This document shows positions 52,084-61,579 of a stretch of 64,000 nt of DNA, piece after piece. The DNA comes from a bacterium. GTDB taxonomy: Bacteria > Electryoneota > JAOADG01. Each line of letters begins with the position of its first letter. Position 1 is the stretch's first letter. The position numbers and the translations under genes were made by a program. The notes below the pieces were generated by a model. It saw only the letters and a program-made list of their open reading frames with translations, searched no databases and was not told the origin of the DNA. Where the stretch lies: NCBI GenBank assembly GCA_963681965.1, contig OY820579.1, forward strand, positions 2,240,001 through 2,304,000, read 5' to 3'.

Positions 52084-52964
52084 GATAAAGCTCGTCTTGG
52101 AAGAGAAATATGATTTTTTTCGATAAGTACAATTTGAGTACTAAATTTTATCTTTACTCTTATAGCGCAATCGGCTGAAAAGCAATTTGGGTGGTTGCCC
52201 TTAGTCGACTCAAATAAAAGAATATTTTCTTTCATATGAATTGGAAGCGATGATTGTAATGGCATTTGATAATAATTTTGGACGTACTCCTTCATACAAC
52301 AAAAATAAAAATAGTATGCTGTGGCTTGTTGAATCGGTAGAGTGCTGACTTGCAGTGAATCAATAATTTTGTGTTCTTTTAACCACCAATCACATAAAAC
52401 AAGAAACTCGTAATCAACCAATCCCCCAGCACCGCTTTTAAAATCCCAATAATGTGGCGATTTTGGGTCGTCGTATTCATCGCTGCGATGTGGGTTTCCG
52501 AGGAAGAATCTGTGCAAATTATCGAATGAAGTATTTTTCAACCAATACTTGAATTTACTAATAAATTCTTGGTAGATCGACTGGTTTCCTGCAAGAAATC
52601 GAAGGTGAGGAAAAGAGACAAGTAATGGAAAAGAGTAGGTGTCGATTGCTTTATCGAGAGAATTAATGATGAAATGCGTTGGATGATTTGGTGTGTATCG
52701 TTTAAGTAGCGATTTTATCAAATCGCGATCAATGTTTGGTGATCGATAAAGAACGAAGAAATCAATATCGGAAAACTGATTTGGATGACCGCGAGCGTAG
52801 CTTCCCCTTAAACAGATAGCAAAAGTTTGATTATTCAAAAATGAAGAAATATGCTCTTCGGAAAGATAGGCGTGAAGTTGTTCAACTCGTTTTAAGAATT
52901 TCTCTTGATATGTCAGCGATAATTTTAAGAATGTTGTCGGGTTGTTTGTGATAAACATAAACAA
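52077..52964 (-). CDS. Stand-alone GlnD/GlnE-type (Pol-beta superfamily) nucleotidyltransferase
   Basis: GSYARG-x5-SDIDF, RFLAGN, DFKSGAGGLVDYEF; start uncertain (TTG 52964 or ATG 52958). Confidence 0.75.
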   Translation of the reverse strand: MFMFITNNPTTFLKLSLTYQEKFLKRVEQLHAYLSEEHISSFLNNQTFAICLRGSYARGHPNQFSDIDFFVLYRSPNIDRDLIKSLLKRYTPNHPTHFIINSLDKAIDTYSFPLLVSFPHLRFLAGNQSIYQEFISKFKYWLKNTSFDNLHRFFLGNPHRSDEYDDPKSPHYWDFKSGAGGLVDYEFLVLCDWWLKEHKIIDSLQVSTLPIQQATAYYFYFCCMKEYVQNYYQMPLQSSLPIHMKENILLFESTKGNHPNCFSADCAIRVKIKFSTQIVLIEKNHISLPRRALSC

Positions 52965-53124
52965 TACCTATGCAAACTTCATTCGATCACAGTAGTAAAA
53001 AAATCCATAAATAGTTTCTTCATGAGGCAATTAGTATTCTTGTAAAGATAATAATAAACTAAACAAATTCAAAATGGTATTTGGTAAAATATAAACAATC
53101 AACTTACATGTTGACGAGATATCT

Positions 53125-53158
53125 AAAAAATAATTCCGGTAAAACTATACCGGAATTA
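53125..53158 (-). terminator. Island-supplied intrinsic terminator for tnaA
   Basis: Minus strand TAATTCCGGTA-TAGTTT-TACCGGAATTA followed by T6, 23 bp after the tnaA stop. Confidence 0.75.
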
Positions 53159-53172
53159 TCAATTAAGTTAAA

Positions 53173-53240
53173 TTGTGTTTCTTACACCCGTTCGAATTTT
53201 GTGGTGAAGTGCCGCAGGATCGGCGGTTCGTAAGTGATCC
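53173..53240 (-). repeat. att-like direct repeat, copy B (current 3' end of tnaA)
   Basis: Matches 49901-49968 at 63 of 68 positions. Confidence 0.92.
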
Positions 53241-54549
53241 GCAGACCTTTGATTTTGTGAGCGCGATCTTTCAACTTCTTCATCCCGTCGGCAACAAATT
53301 CGAGATGCGAATTCGTGTATGCGCGTCGCGGAACGCAAAGCCTTAGCAATTCCAATTTCGGATAGCGGTTTTCGCGGGTTACCGGATCGCGATCCGCCAG
53401 TACCGTGCCAATTTCCACACCACGGACACCCGCCTCGATATAGGCTTCCACGCCCAGCACCTGCGCCGGGAACGCTTCGCGCGGAATATTCGGCAACAAT
53501 TTCAAGGCATCGACGTAGATCGCATGTCCACCTGCCGGCTGTACGATCGGAATGCCGCGTTCCAACAAGAGATCGCCGAAATATTTCACCTGAGCCAACC
53601 GGAATTCGAGGTAATCTTCTTCAACACCTTCGCGTAGACCGACCGCCAATGCTTCCAAGTCGCGTCCCGATTGACCGCCGTACGTCACGAACCCTTCAAA
53701 CAGAATTCCGAAAATCGAGCACTGACGATACAGCTCTTCGTCGCGACAGGCAATAAAGCCACCGATATTCACCAGCGCGTCCTTCTTCGAGGACATCGTG
53801 CAACCATCTGCCATGGAAAATAGTTCGAGGGCAATTTCTTTGACCGATTTCTGTGAATATCCATTTTCGCGCTGTTGAATGAATTTGCAATTTTCGGCAT
53901 AGCGCGCGGCATCGATGAATAATTTCACGTCATACTTGTCGCACAAGGCTTTCACGGCACGGGCATTTTCCATCGAGACTGGTTGTCCGCCGGTGCTGTT
54001 ACAGGTAACCGTGAGTAATACGAAGGGAATTAATTTCTTCGGAGCATATTCCTGCAAAACCGATTCCAGTTTTTTCAGGCAGACATTCCCTTTGAACGGA
54101 TGGATCAGCTCCGGATCGAAAGCGTTGTCGTCGGTGCAGTCGATCGCGTGCGCTTTGCGATATTCGATGTGTCCTTTGGTCGTATCGAAATGCGAATTGC
54201 CGGGAATGACTTCTCCTTCGTGAACCAATACACTATGCAGTACGTTTTCGGCAGCACGCCCTTGGTGGGTGGGGAGGACGAAGGGAAAACCCATGATATC
54301 CTGAACCGCTTTTTGGAAATTGTAGAATGAGCGCGCACCGGCATACGATTCGTCGCCCATCATCAACGCTGCCCACTGCGCATTCGACATCGCGCCGGTA
54401 CCACTGTCCGAGAGCATATCGATGAAGACATCTTCCGAATGCAAGCCAAATAGATTGTAGCCGGTTTCCTTGATTTTTTGTTCCCGCTCGTCGCGCGGCA
54501 GGAGCCGGATCGGCTCAATCATCTTGATTCGGTAGGGTTCTGGAAACAT
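53182..54549 (-). CDS. tnaA: Tryptophanase
   Basis: PEPYRIKMIE, SDSGT, MMGDESYAG, HQGRAAE, MSSKKD (PLP Lys); VEIG and LRHFT distinguish it from tyrosine phenol-lyase; ATG 54549 with GGAG RBS. Confidence 0.9.
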   Translation of the reverse strand: MFPEPYRIKMIEPIRLLPRDEREQKIKETGYNLFGLHSEDVFIDMLSDSGTGAMSNAQWAALMMGDESYAGARSFYNFQKAVQDIMGFPFVLPTHQGRAAENVLHSVLVHEGEVIPGNSHFDTTKGHIEYRKAHAIDCTDDNAFDPELIHPFKGNVCLKKLESVLQEYAPKKLIPFVLLTVTCNSTGGQPVSMENARAVKALCDKYDVKLFIDAARYAENCKFIQQRENGYSQKSVKEIALELFSMADGCTMSSKKDALVNIGGFIACRDEELYRQCSIFGILFEGFVTYGGQSGRDLEALAVGLREGVEEDYLEFRLAQVKYFGDLLLERGIPIVQPAGGHAIYVDALKLLPNIPREAFPAQVLGVEAYIEAGVRGVEIGTVLADRDPVTRENRYPKLELLRLCVPRRAYTNSHLEFVADGMKKLKDRAHKIKGLRITYEPPILRHFTTKFERV

Positions 54550-54750
54550 CGTAACTCCGTTCAATAGTACTTCCCAGCGACACCTTCTTACCGAAAAATC
54601 CCGGAAGAAAGTGGTGAAACTTGGTTGATTCGCAGTATCCGGCAGCGAACTGACATTGTCCGGCAACCTGCCGGGTAAAATATAACCTCGAAAACCGCGA
54701 TTCCGAAAAGTTTGTTTTTTATCGAAATACCTTTGAGTTTGCGATACCGA

Positions 54751-55686
54751 TCACGTTTTTTTCAGGGTCGTCGACCACTGCCGCAAAATCCACCCGATAG
54801 CCCCGTACACCAAGCTGATCAACGTATTTGCCCGAATTGCGAGTGGAAACAGCATCGCCTGAGCCGGTGAATATCCCAACATCACCCCGATTTCCGCCGC
54901 ACCGATATCGGCAATCCCGATCCCGCCCGGAATAAAACTGCCGACGATCACGAATGTGGTCACACTCATCAACAGCATTGCATCGAACAGCGTCACAGGC
55001 GCGTTGAATGCCGCTGCCAGCGCCCACCACATCACTGCGATCGAGATCCAGAGGATCAGCGTGAGCGCCAATACCGATTTCCGTTCTAACAGTAAATGCG
55101 ATGCCGATCGCATCCCCTCGAAGAGACTGCGAAGTTTCGGCGACCACCGTACCGCCAGCACCAAACCCACGATACCGCAGGCAATCACTCCAATCACCAC
55201 TCCCAGCACCAGCAGCAGCCGATCGGCGAGGTAGGTCCGCAGTTTCGCCTGCGTCAGGATGCCGATTGTAGAAAACAACAGCAGTGTCGCAACGTCGACG
55301 ACACGTTCAACGGCAACGATACCATACTGCGAACCACGCTGTTCTCCGAGAATCCGGTGCGATAATTCCGCTTTCAGAAATTCACCGGCATTCATCGGTG
55401 TGATCGATCCGAGTCCTTTTGCAATCATCGTGACGATCGCGAGATCGCGCCACGGCAGCAGCCGTGGTGTTGCCGAGAGCAGAACACCCCAGCGGATCGT
55501 GGAGAACAAGAGGAACACACCGTAGAACAGAAAACCAGTGATCAACCACCAGGGTGAGACCCGAAACCCTTCACGGAACAGGTCGGGCGGGGAGCGCCAG
55601 ATAAAGTAGAGGACAGCGGCAACGATTCCGACCAGTGTCAGTAACCACTGCAGGATGATGCGACCGCGATGGCTGGATAGCGTCAT
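54751..55686 (-). CDS. Lysylphosphatidylglycerol-synthase TM / flippase-like (UPF0104) membrane protein
   Basis: RW..LL, TPMNAGEFLK, VERVVD, PGGIGIAD motifs; ATG 55686 overlaps the coaD stop. Confidence 0.85.
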   Translation of the reverse strand: MTLSSHRGRIILQWLLTLVGIVAAVLYFIWRSPPDLFREGFRVSPWWLITGFLFYGVFLLFSTIRWGVLLSATPRLLPWRDLAIVTMIAKGLGSITPMNAGEFLKAELSHRILGEQRGSQYGIVAVERVVDVATLLLFSTIGILTQAKLRTYLADRLLLVLGVVIGVIACGIVGLVLAVRWSPKLRSLFEGMRSASHLLLERKSVLALTLILWISIAVMWWALAAAFNAPVTLFDAMLLMSVTTFVIVGSFIPGGIGIADIGAAEIGVMLGYSPAQAMLFPLAIRANTLISLVYGAIGWILRQWSTTLKKT

Positions 55687-56186
55687 TCGCTGGCTTTTCC
55701 GTACATCGGATATACTTCGCGCAATCGTCGTTGAACGGCTGCCGGTACGTACCGGGCGACATCGCCACCGTGCGATGCGACGTTCCGGATCAGCGAGCTG
55801 TTGAGATAGGTATAGCGCGCATGCGGCATCATGAAGATCGTGACGATTTCCGGGGCGAGTCGGCGATTCATCAATGCCATTTGAAATTCGAATTCGAAAT
55901 CGCTGGTGGCGCGAACGCCGCGGATCAGGGCGATGGCACAATGTTCTTCGGCGAATCGAACCACCAGTCCTTCGTACGTATCGACGTCTACCGACGGCAT
56001 TTCCGAAACACTCTCCTTGATCATCGCGACGCGCGTTTCCAAATCGAATAGCGGTTTCTTTTCGGGATTGGATGCGATGCAGACGATGATTTTATCGAAC
56101 AATACCGAGGCACGACGGATTACATCGAGATGACCATTCGTGATTGGATCGAATGTCCCCGGTACAACTGCCACACGTGGTGTCAC
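55683..56186 (-). CDS. coaD: Phosphopantetheine adenylyltransferase
   Basis: PGTFDPITNGHLD, IRGVRATSDFEFEFQMALMNR. Confidence 0.97.
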   Translation of the reverse strand: MTPRVAVVPGTFDPITNGHLDVIRRASVLFDKIIVCIASNPEKKPLFDLETRVAMIKESVSEMPSVDVDTYEGLVVRFAEEHCAIALIRGVRATSDFEFEFQMALMNRRLAPEIVTIFMMPHARYTYLNSSLIRNVASHGGDVARYVPAAVQRRLREVYPMYGKASE

Positions 56187-56291
56187 AACGTCTCTCCCTT
56201 GGAAAAATCAACATCAATAATGATTTGTCGGTCGTCTTCCGACGAAGCCGCAGGCATAAGGCTTATTATTAAATTGATTTTGATTTCTCTG

Positions 56292-56441
56292 GTAGGGGCG
56301 GTTCGCGAACCGCCCGTGTCCTATGATAACTCACGATTATTTTCGAATTTGGGAATCAAGATGGTCTAATTTACAATCGTTATCCTCAATATTGATCATC
56401 CCAACTTTCAACGTTACGGGCGGTTCGCGAACCGCCCCTAC
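56292..56441. repeat. REPIN-like inverted REP pair
   Basis: GTAGGGGCGGTTCGCGAACCGCCC (56292-56315) and its reverse complement (56418-56441) around an AT-rich spacer. Confidence 0.9.
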
Positions 56442-56601
56442 CTCAAAATTCCCATTCAAACGCGAACGTTTTTCGCCGTTACCAAAAACATAATTAATAT
56501 ACACCAAAACGGGCGAACAATATCGCTCGCCCGTAACACAAGTTATTCTCAATACCGGTTCATTGCCGATAAATTATGCACTGACAAGAATCCGGAAAAA
56601 A

Positions 56602-57024
56602 CTACTCTTCGGTTTTCTCGTCGGTCTTTTCTTCTTTCGCTTCCTTGGCTGCTTTCTTCGCATTCTGGAACTTCGGAATGGCATCGGAAATCGAATTCAC
56701 TAAGTCAGGCAATTTCGCCGTCAGATTATCCAACACGCTCGGTTTCGTTCCGAACAAGTGAATATTGTGTCCATCGATCACGATGAATGCCACCGGCGAG
56801 ACCGACAATCCCGCGCCGCCACCGGAACCGCCCGGACCGTCGCCATCCGCTTTGCCCGGTCCCGCGCCGCTTCCGGCACCGACACCCAATGCAACTTTCA
56901 CCACCGGGACAATGATCTTTTCACCGATCATTACCGGTTCGCCGACAACTGTTTTGGTAGCAGCAATATTCTGTAACTTGTCTAACAGCGTTTCCAGAAT
57001 TTCTTTGGTAGTTCCGCCTGCCAT
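56602..57024 (-). CDS. GerW/YtfJ family protein
   Basis: KTVVGEPV, IVPVVKVALGVGAG, GGGAGLSVSPVAFIVI; GGAGG RBS. Confidence 0.88.
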   Translation of the reverse strand: MAGGTTKEILETLLDKLQNIAATKTVVGEPVMIGEKIIVPVVKVALGVGAGSGAGPGKADGDGPGGSGGGAGLSVSPVAFIVIDGHNIHLFGTKPSVLDNLTAKLPDLVNSISDAIPKFQNAKKAAKEAKEEKTDEKTEE

Positions 57025-57097
57025 ATTTCCTCCTTGGTTCTGAATTGGATTGATGACTCAACTCAGGCATCAATCTTTTTGTAAAAAAAATAGTCTC

Positions 57098-58366
57098 TTA
57101 TTTCACGACTACGATGCGGTAGAGGTTCCCGTGTCGGACGATCGAAACCCGGAATGGGAGTTTCTGCCACTGCTTAAGCGCATTAGTCAGATCGCTGAGT
57201 TCGCCGGAAGCTTCCGATCCGTCGATCGTCAATTTCTCCGCAGTCGGGATCGCAAACGATTCGTCCGCTTTATAGCTTAAGAACGGTAGATAGAGGGTAA
57301 ATCGATCCGTCGGTGCATCGTATTTTCCGTTCAGCGAATCGACCTTACCGCCTTGCATCTTCCAAGCAGCTTTCATCGCCTCGGTTGGATCGTGGTCGGC
57401 AATGATTTGAACCATCGCTTCGCCCGACGAGATCGAGACTAACTCCAGTTTTCCACCCGATTCGGCAATTTGAAGGATCTTTGCAATCAATCCGCCGGGG
57501 CTGTCCGAAGTTTCTACCGGTGTTATGTGAGTGACGGTATCGGGTATCGAGGTTGCAGCACTTCCCTTCGCACTATCCGTCAGCGGTACTGTATGTGGTA
57601 CGGCTTTCGGTCGATTGTGGTAGCGATTGCTGTAAATCATCGCAACTGCACTCAAAATTGCGACAATGGCGGTGATTATGATGACCCGTTTGATCAGGCG
57701 GGCACTCTTCGAAAAGTCGAAATTGTGCTGGACCGGTTCTTCGGTAATGGTCTCTTCCGGAGGAGTAGATCCGGGCTTTTCCGAAAGAGTGTATACCGGT
57801 TTTTCGGGAACTCCGGGGAATTGATGCGCCGTCGGTTGCGTGACCGATAGCGATTTGAAATCGAATGACAACACTTCGCTGATTGGTTGATCGGGCAGTG
57901 CAAACCGGATTGCCGAAAGATTGTATCCGTGTTCCAGCAGGACGCCTTTCCAGAACGCCACTACCGCCGGACGCATCAGTGCGACATCGTGCATGCCGTC
58001 GCCGCGATCGCGATAGAGATAGAGATAATAGTCGAGATCGGTTTGCAGTTGTTTCGATAGTTCCCACGTGATTTGTCGGGGAATTTCCTCTTCCGGCAAC
58101 GACGGTGTCGGTATTTTCGTCGCCATTCCCCAGGATGGCGGTAACCACACTTCGAGATCGGTCGAAGCGGGTGTCGCAGTCGTGAAGATGGTCGAGAGAT
58201 AAGTTTTGAGTGCCTGAGTTGCAATCTCGGATTTGGTGATGATTGCTTCCAGCGGGAATGAGGCTTCGGTGGCTGCCGTTTCGACGAATTCGAGGGTCTG
58301 TTCCTCACCCTGCAATTCGCCTAATACAAATTCGTTTTCCCGGACCCAGAGCACGGCAGTATTCAT
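57098..58366 (-). CDS. Hypothetical bitopic membrane protein, possibly GspL/PilM-like N-terminus
   Basis: Soluble N-terminal domain (IPTPSLPEEEIPRQITWEL), one TM helix, C-terminal domain; GGAG RBS and overlap with the comEA-like stop. Confidence 0.55.
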   Translation of the reverse strand: MNTAVLWVRENEFVLGELQGEEQTLEFVETAATEASFPLEAIITKSEIATQALKTYLSTIFTTATPASTDLEVWLPPSWGMATKIPTPSLPEEEIPRQITWELSKQLQTDLDYYLYLYRDRGDGMHDVALMRPAVVAFWKGVLLEHGYNLSAIRFALPDQPISEVLSFDFKSLSVTQPTAHQFPGVPEKPVYTLSEKPGSTPPEETITEEPVQHNFDFSKSARLIKRVIIITAIVAILSAVAMIYSNRYHNRPKAVPHTVPLTDSAKGSAATSIPDTVTHITPVETSDSPGGLIAKILQIAESGGKLELVSISSGEAMVQIIADHDPTEAMKAAWKMQGGKVDSLNGKYDAPTDRFTLYLPFLSYKADESFAIPTAEKLTIDGSEASGELSDLTNALKQWQKLPFRVSIVRHGNLYRIVVVK

Positions 58367-58737
58367 TTTGCTCCTCCGGGTTGGGTTGTTGCAATCTTCA
58401 AGTACGGGGCGATCCGTTCCCAGTTGCTAGGACCGATACCGCGCACCCGATCGACGAAATCGGCTGCCGAGTGAAACGGCGTGCGAGTACGTTCGCTAAC
58501 GATGCGTGCTGCCATTTTCGGTCCAATTCCCGGTACCAGTTGTAACATTTCCGGCGACGCCAGATTCGGGTCGAGCGGAAAACGAATGGTTGTATCGGTT
58601 AATAATATAATGCTTGAATCGGAGCTATTCGCCCTTTTTTCAACCGGTTTCGATTTTTCGAACCAAGCTTTCGGAAAACACGCGAATAGGAGCACGATTG
58701 TAATAATCAGGATGACACTCCGTTCATAGGGTGTCAT
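58363..58737 (-). CDS. ComEA-family helix-hairpin-helix DNA-binding protein
   Basis: N-terminal TM; LDPNLASPEMLQLVPGIGPKMAARIV and VRGIGP. Confidence 0.85.
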   Translation of the reverse strand: MTPYERSVILIITIVLLFACFPKAWFEKSKPVEKRANSSDSSIILLTDTTIRFPLDPNLASPEMLQLVPGIGPKMAARIVSERTRTPFHSAADFVDRVRGIGPSNWERIAPYLKIATTQPGGAK

Positions 58738-58771
58738 CCTGATTGAGAACGTTCGGTGGTGATGGGGTGTA

Positions 58772-60079
58772 TCAGACTTCTTTAAGTTTTCCGAATTCTG
58801 CGAAGACAATCGGCTTATCCTCTACGACAGCTTTATCGCGGATCGCTTTCAGTGTCTTTTGCTGAGCGATTTCAATCTTGATCGATCGGCGACGGACCGG
58901 ATCCTCGAATTTCTCGCGGATTTCCGCAACCGGAACTTTATTGGTCTTGGCATAGACCTGAATTTCATGTTCGATTTCTTCATCGGTCGGTTCGATCGAC
59001 AACTGCTGGGCAATCCGTTCCGCCAGCAATTCCCACTTCGCTTCGTTCTCGGCGGCGGGTTTTACGATCTTCTCGATGAATTCCGGGGGAATTTCAATAT
59101 CGCGACCTTCGGACAGACGTTCCTTGATCTTCTCTTCGGCATAGCTGACCAGCGCCGGCGGCAGATCAAGCGTATTGCCCGCAATCACGCTGTCGCGCAA
59201 CCGGATCAACAACCCTTCTTCGGCACGACGGTCGGCATTCGCCTGCAATTCGCTCTTCAGCGCATCGCGCAAATCGGCGACAGTCTTGAATTTCGACGTG
59301 AACATCTGGGCGTATTCGTCGGTTACTTCCGGCAATTCGCGTGTCAATACCCGTTCGACTTTGACCCGGAAGGTATACTTGTTTTCGTGGGTGTGGTCGC
59401 CGTGGGTGTGTGTTTCGGTCACTTCCACCTTGCGCGTTTCACCAGCTATCGCGCCGAGCAACTGGTCGCTGCTGGTCGCACCAAGCGGATCGCCGCTCAC
59501 CGGGAGCGACTGGATCTGGCGGACAGATTCTTTCAGTACGAACCCTTCGTCGTCGAGTTGCGCAATTTCACAGGCGAGGAAATTGTCGGCGGTAGCCGCT
59601 AAATCGGTATCGAGGTACTTCGCATGTCGGACGCGCAACTCTTCGAGTGAGGCGTCGATATCGGCTTCGGTCACTTCCACCTGATATTTCCACGCTGCGA
59701 CGCTATCGAAGCCAACTGCTTCGAATTCCGGTGCTACCGGGACTTTCGCGGTGAAATTGATATCCTGATTTTCGCCATAGACCACATCGTCGATTTCCGC
59801 GGTCGCAACCGGGTCGACTTTCGCTTCGGTCAATGCGATCGGGAACGCTTCCTGAATAATTTCTTGTGCCAGTTCCTGCAGGATCGTTTCACCGAACCGC
59901 GATTTGATGATGTGCAACGGAATTCTACCGGGGCGAAAGCCGGGGAGTTTCAATTGGGTTGCGGTGTTATAGAGTTGTTCTTGATAGCGGGTCGACAGCT
60001 CTGCGGCTGGAACCGTTACACGGAGTTCGATTGTGGTCGAATCGATCCGATTGCTGTCGAACTTAATTGCTTCGATCAT
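58772..60079 (-). CDS. tig: Trigger factor
   Basis: LPGFRPGRIP ribosome-binding signature; three-domain length; follows tRNA-Leu. Confidence 0.92.
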   Translation of the reverse strand: MIEAIKFDSNRIDSTTIELRVTVPAAELSTRYQEQLYNTATQLKLPGFRPGRIPLHIIKSRFGETILQELAQEIIQEAFPIALTEAKVDPVATAEIDDVVYGENQDINFTAKVPVAPEFEAVGFDSVAAWKYQVEVTEADIDASLEELRVRHAKYLDTDLAATADNFLACEIAQLDDEGFVLKESVRQIQSLPVSGDPLGATSSDQLLGAIAGETRKVEVTETHTHGDHTHENKYTFRVKVERVLTRELPEVTDEYAQMFTSKFKTVADLRDALKSELQANADRRAEEGLLIRLRDSVIAGNTLDLPPALVSYAEEKIKERLSEGRDIEIPPEFIEKIVKPAAENEAKWELLAERIAQQLSIEPTDEEIEHEIQVYAKTNKVPVAEIREKFEDPVRRRSIKIEIAQQKTLKAIRDKAVVEDKPIVFAEFGKLKEV

Positions 60080-60148
60080 GAAATTTGTCCTAATGGGTGA
60101 ATGATTCCGTTCGCATTTGGCAGTACGAACGAAGAAATAAAACGGGCG

Positions 60149-60230
<82 letters not shown>

Positions 60231-60272
60231 GGAGAACGCAAATATCCAATGTATCTCATTATTTCGGCTGGA

Positions 60273-61028
60273 TCAAGTTACCGGTTTTCGGTGTTGACGG
60301 TACGCAAGCCATAAAAGTAGTACGGTTATCCAAGGGAACCTTAATATTTCCAATAAGATCCAAATAATAATCCGGAGCGGGACCACTTTCATGATCAACG
60401 AAGACTCCCAGCGCCAGACACCTTCGACAAAATCACCATCGAATGCCAAATCAAGTCGCTGCGGTTTTAATGGAAGTATTGCACAACCAATACCATAAAG
60501 AAAACCAATTTGAGCAGGATCCTCGCCTCCGAATTGTATCCGGCAGCGGCACTCCTCGCAACTGGGTACTTTCAGCAGTCGACCGATCATCCGCAGGAAT
60601 TGCTTTAGGATTTTTACAAATCGTTTCTGTTCTTCGACGATTAGTGCAAACCATGCGACTTCCGGTTCGGATTTGTCCGCGTTTTTTTTCTTCTGATCGG
60701 TGGATGGCGTCAGTTCATCTGATCCACCCGGTTGATTTGGTTCCGATGGCGATGATTTTTTCTTGCCGAAACTGAAATTGATGTGAATACCCGTCGATTC
60801 CGGTTCCGGTTCGGATGGGGTGGTGATTGCTTTTCCATCGGATTCTACAGCCTTTGCTGGTTCAGTCGATTTTTTCGCGGGGAAGCTGCTGCGTGATTTG
60901 AACCAGAGCCATTGCAGTTCGAAGTAACCGGTTTTGTCGAGCAGAAAGAATCGAAAGCGCACCGGGAACGCCAAGATGATCGCGAGTACGATCACAATTC
61001 CCAGTAGAATTTCGAGGAGGAGCATCAT
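60273..61028 (-). CDS. DUF2953 (YtfI-like) membrane-anchored protein
   Basis: N-terminal TM plus FPVRFRF; FGGEDPAQIGFLYG; ATG 61028 overlaps the tadA stop. Confidence 0.7.
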   Translation of the reverse strand: MMLLLEILLGIVIVLAIILAFPVRFRFFLLDKTGYFELQWLWFKSRSSFPAKKSTEPAKAVESDGKAITTPSEPEPESTGIHINFSFGKKKSSPSEPNQPGGSDELTPSTDQKKKNADKSEPEVAWFALIVEEQKRFVKILKQFLRMIGRLLKVPSCEECRCRIQFGGEDPAQIGFLYGIGCAILPLKPQRLDLAFDGDFVEGVWRWESSLIMKVVPLRIIIWILLEILRFPWITVLLLWLAYRQHRKPVT

Positions 61029-61522
61029 TCGAGTAGATCGTTTCCATTGTGAAGCGGTTTGGTGGCACCGGGAAGGCGTTTGCTGCGGAAAAAATTCTGC
61101 AACATTTCGGCACAGGCACCTTCGCGAATGCCGCCAATGACGGTGACTTTCCGCCCGAGCCTGCCGTCTTCGAGGAGATTGTAGAGACTGCCACAGGCAC
61201 CCAGTTTCGGATCGGATGCACCAAATACGATCCGGTCGATATGGGCAAGCAGAATCGCGCCAGCGCACATCGGGCACGGTTCGAGAGTAGTATACAATGT
61301 ACATCCCTCGAGCAACGGTTCGCCGAGCGCTTCGGCGGCGGCGGTGATCGCAATCATTTCGGCGTGCGCGGTCGGATCGCAGCCGGCGATGATCCGATTA
61401 TAACCCGTTCCGAGCAGCCGTTCGCCGCGCATCACGACGGCACCGACCGGCACTTCGTCGGCATCGAGGGCATATTGCGCCTGACGGAGGGCGCGCTCCA
61501 TTCCGCGATCCAGTTCATTCAT
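61025..61522 (-). CDS. tadA: tRNA adenosine(34) deaminase
   Basis: EVPVGAV, DPTAHAE, TLEPCPMCAGA, LQNFFRSKR. Confidence 0.93.
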   Translation of the reverse strand: MNELDRGMERALRQAQYALDADEVPVGAVVMRGERLLGTGYNRIIAGCDPTAHAEMIAITAAAEALGEPLLEGCTLYTTLEPCPMCAGAILLAHIDRIVFGASDPKLGACGSLYNLLEDGRLGRKVTVIGGIREGACAEMLQNFFRSKRLPGATKPLHNGNDLLE

Positions 61523-61579
61523 GTTGTGCAACAACCCAATTCATTCATAGCGAGAATATAATCCGATGCAATCCGTTTT

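Larger units (their letters stand above)
49969..53172 (-). mobile_element. AT-rich genomic islet inserted at the tnaA 3' end, no integrase
   Basis: Abrupt shift to AT-rich sequence between two direct repeats; four co-oriented genes; none of the host palindromes inside. Confidence 0.85.

Noticed and set aside
50036-52964. Calling the island CBASS
   Set aside because: The NTase carries GlnD/GlnE motifs rather than CD-NTase ones, and the 2TM proteins show no recognisable SAVED or Cap15 beta-barrel domain.
53182-54549. Tyrosine phenol-lyase assignment
   Set aside because: It has VEIG and LRHFT (tryptophanase type) rather than MERG and LRFFT.
54588-54656. TnaC-like leader peptide upstream of tnaA
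   Set aside because: The 22-codon ORF (MSVRCRILRINQVSPLSSGIFR) has no Trp and no terminal Pro.
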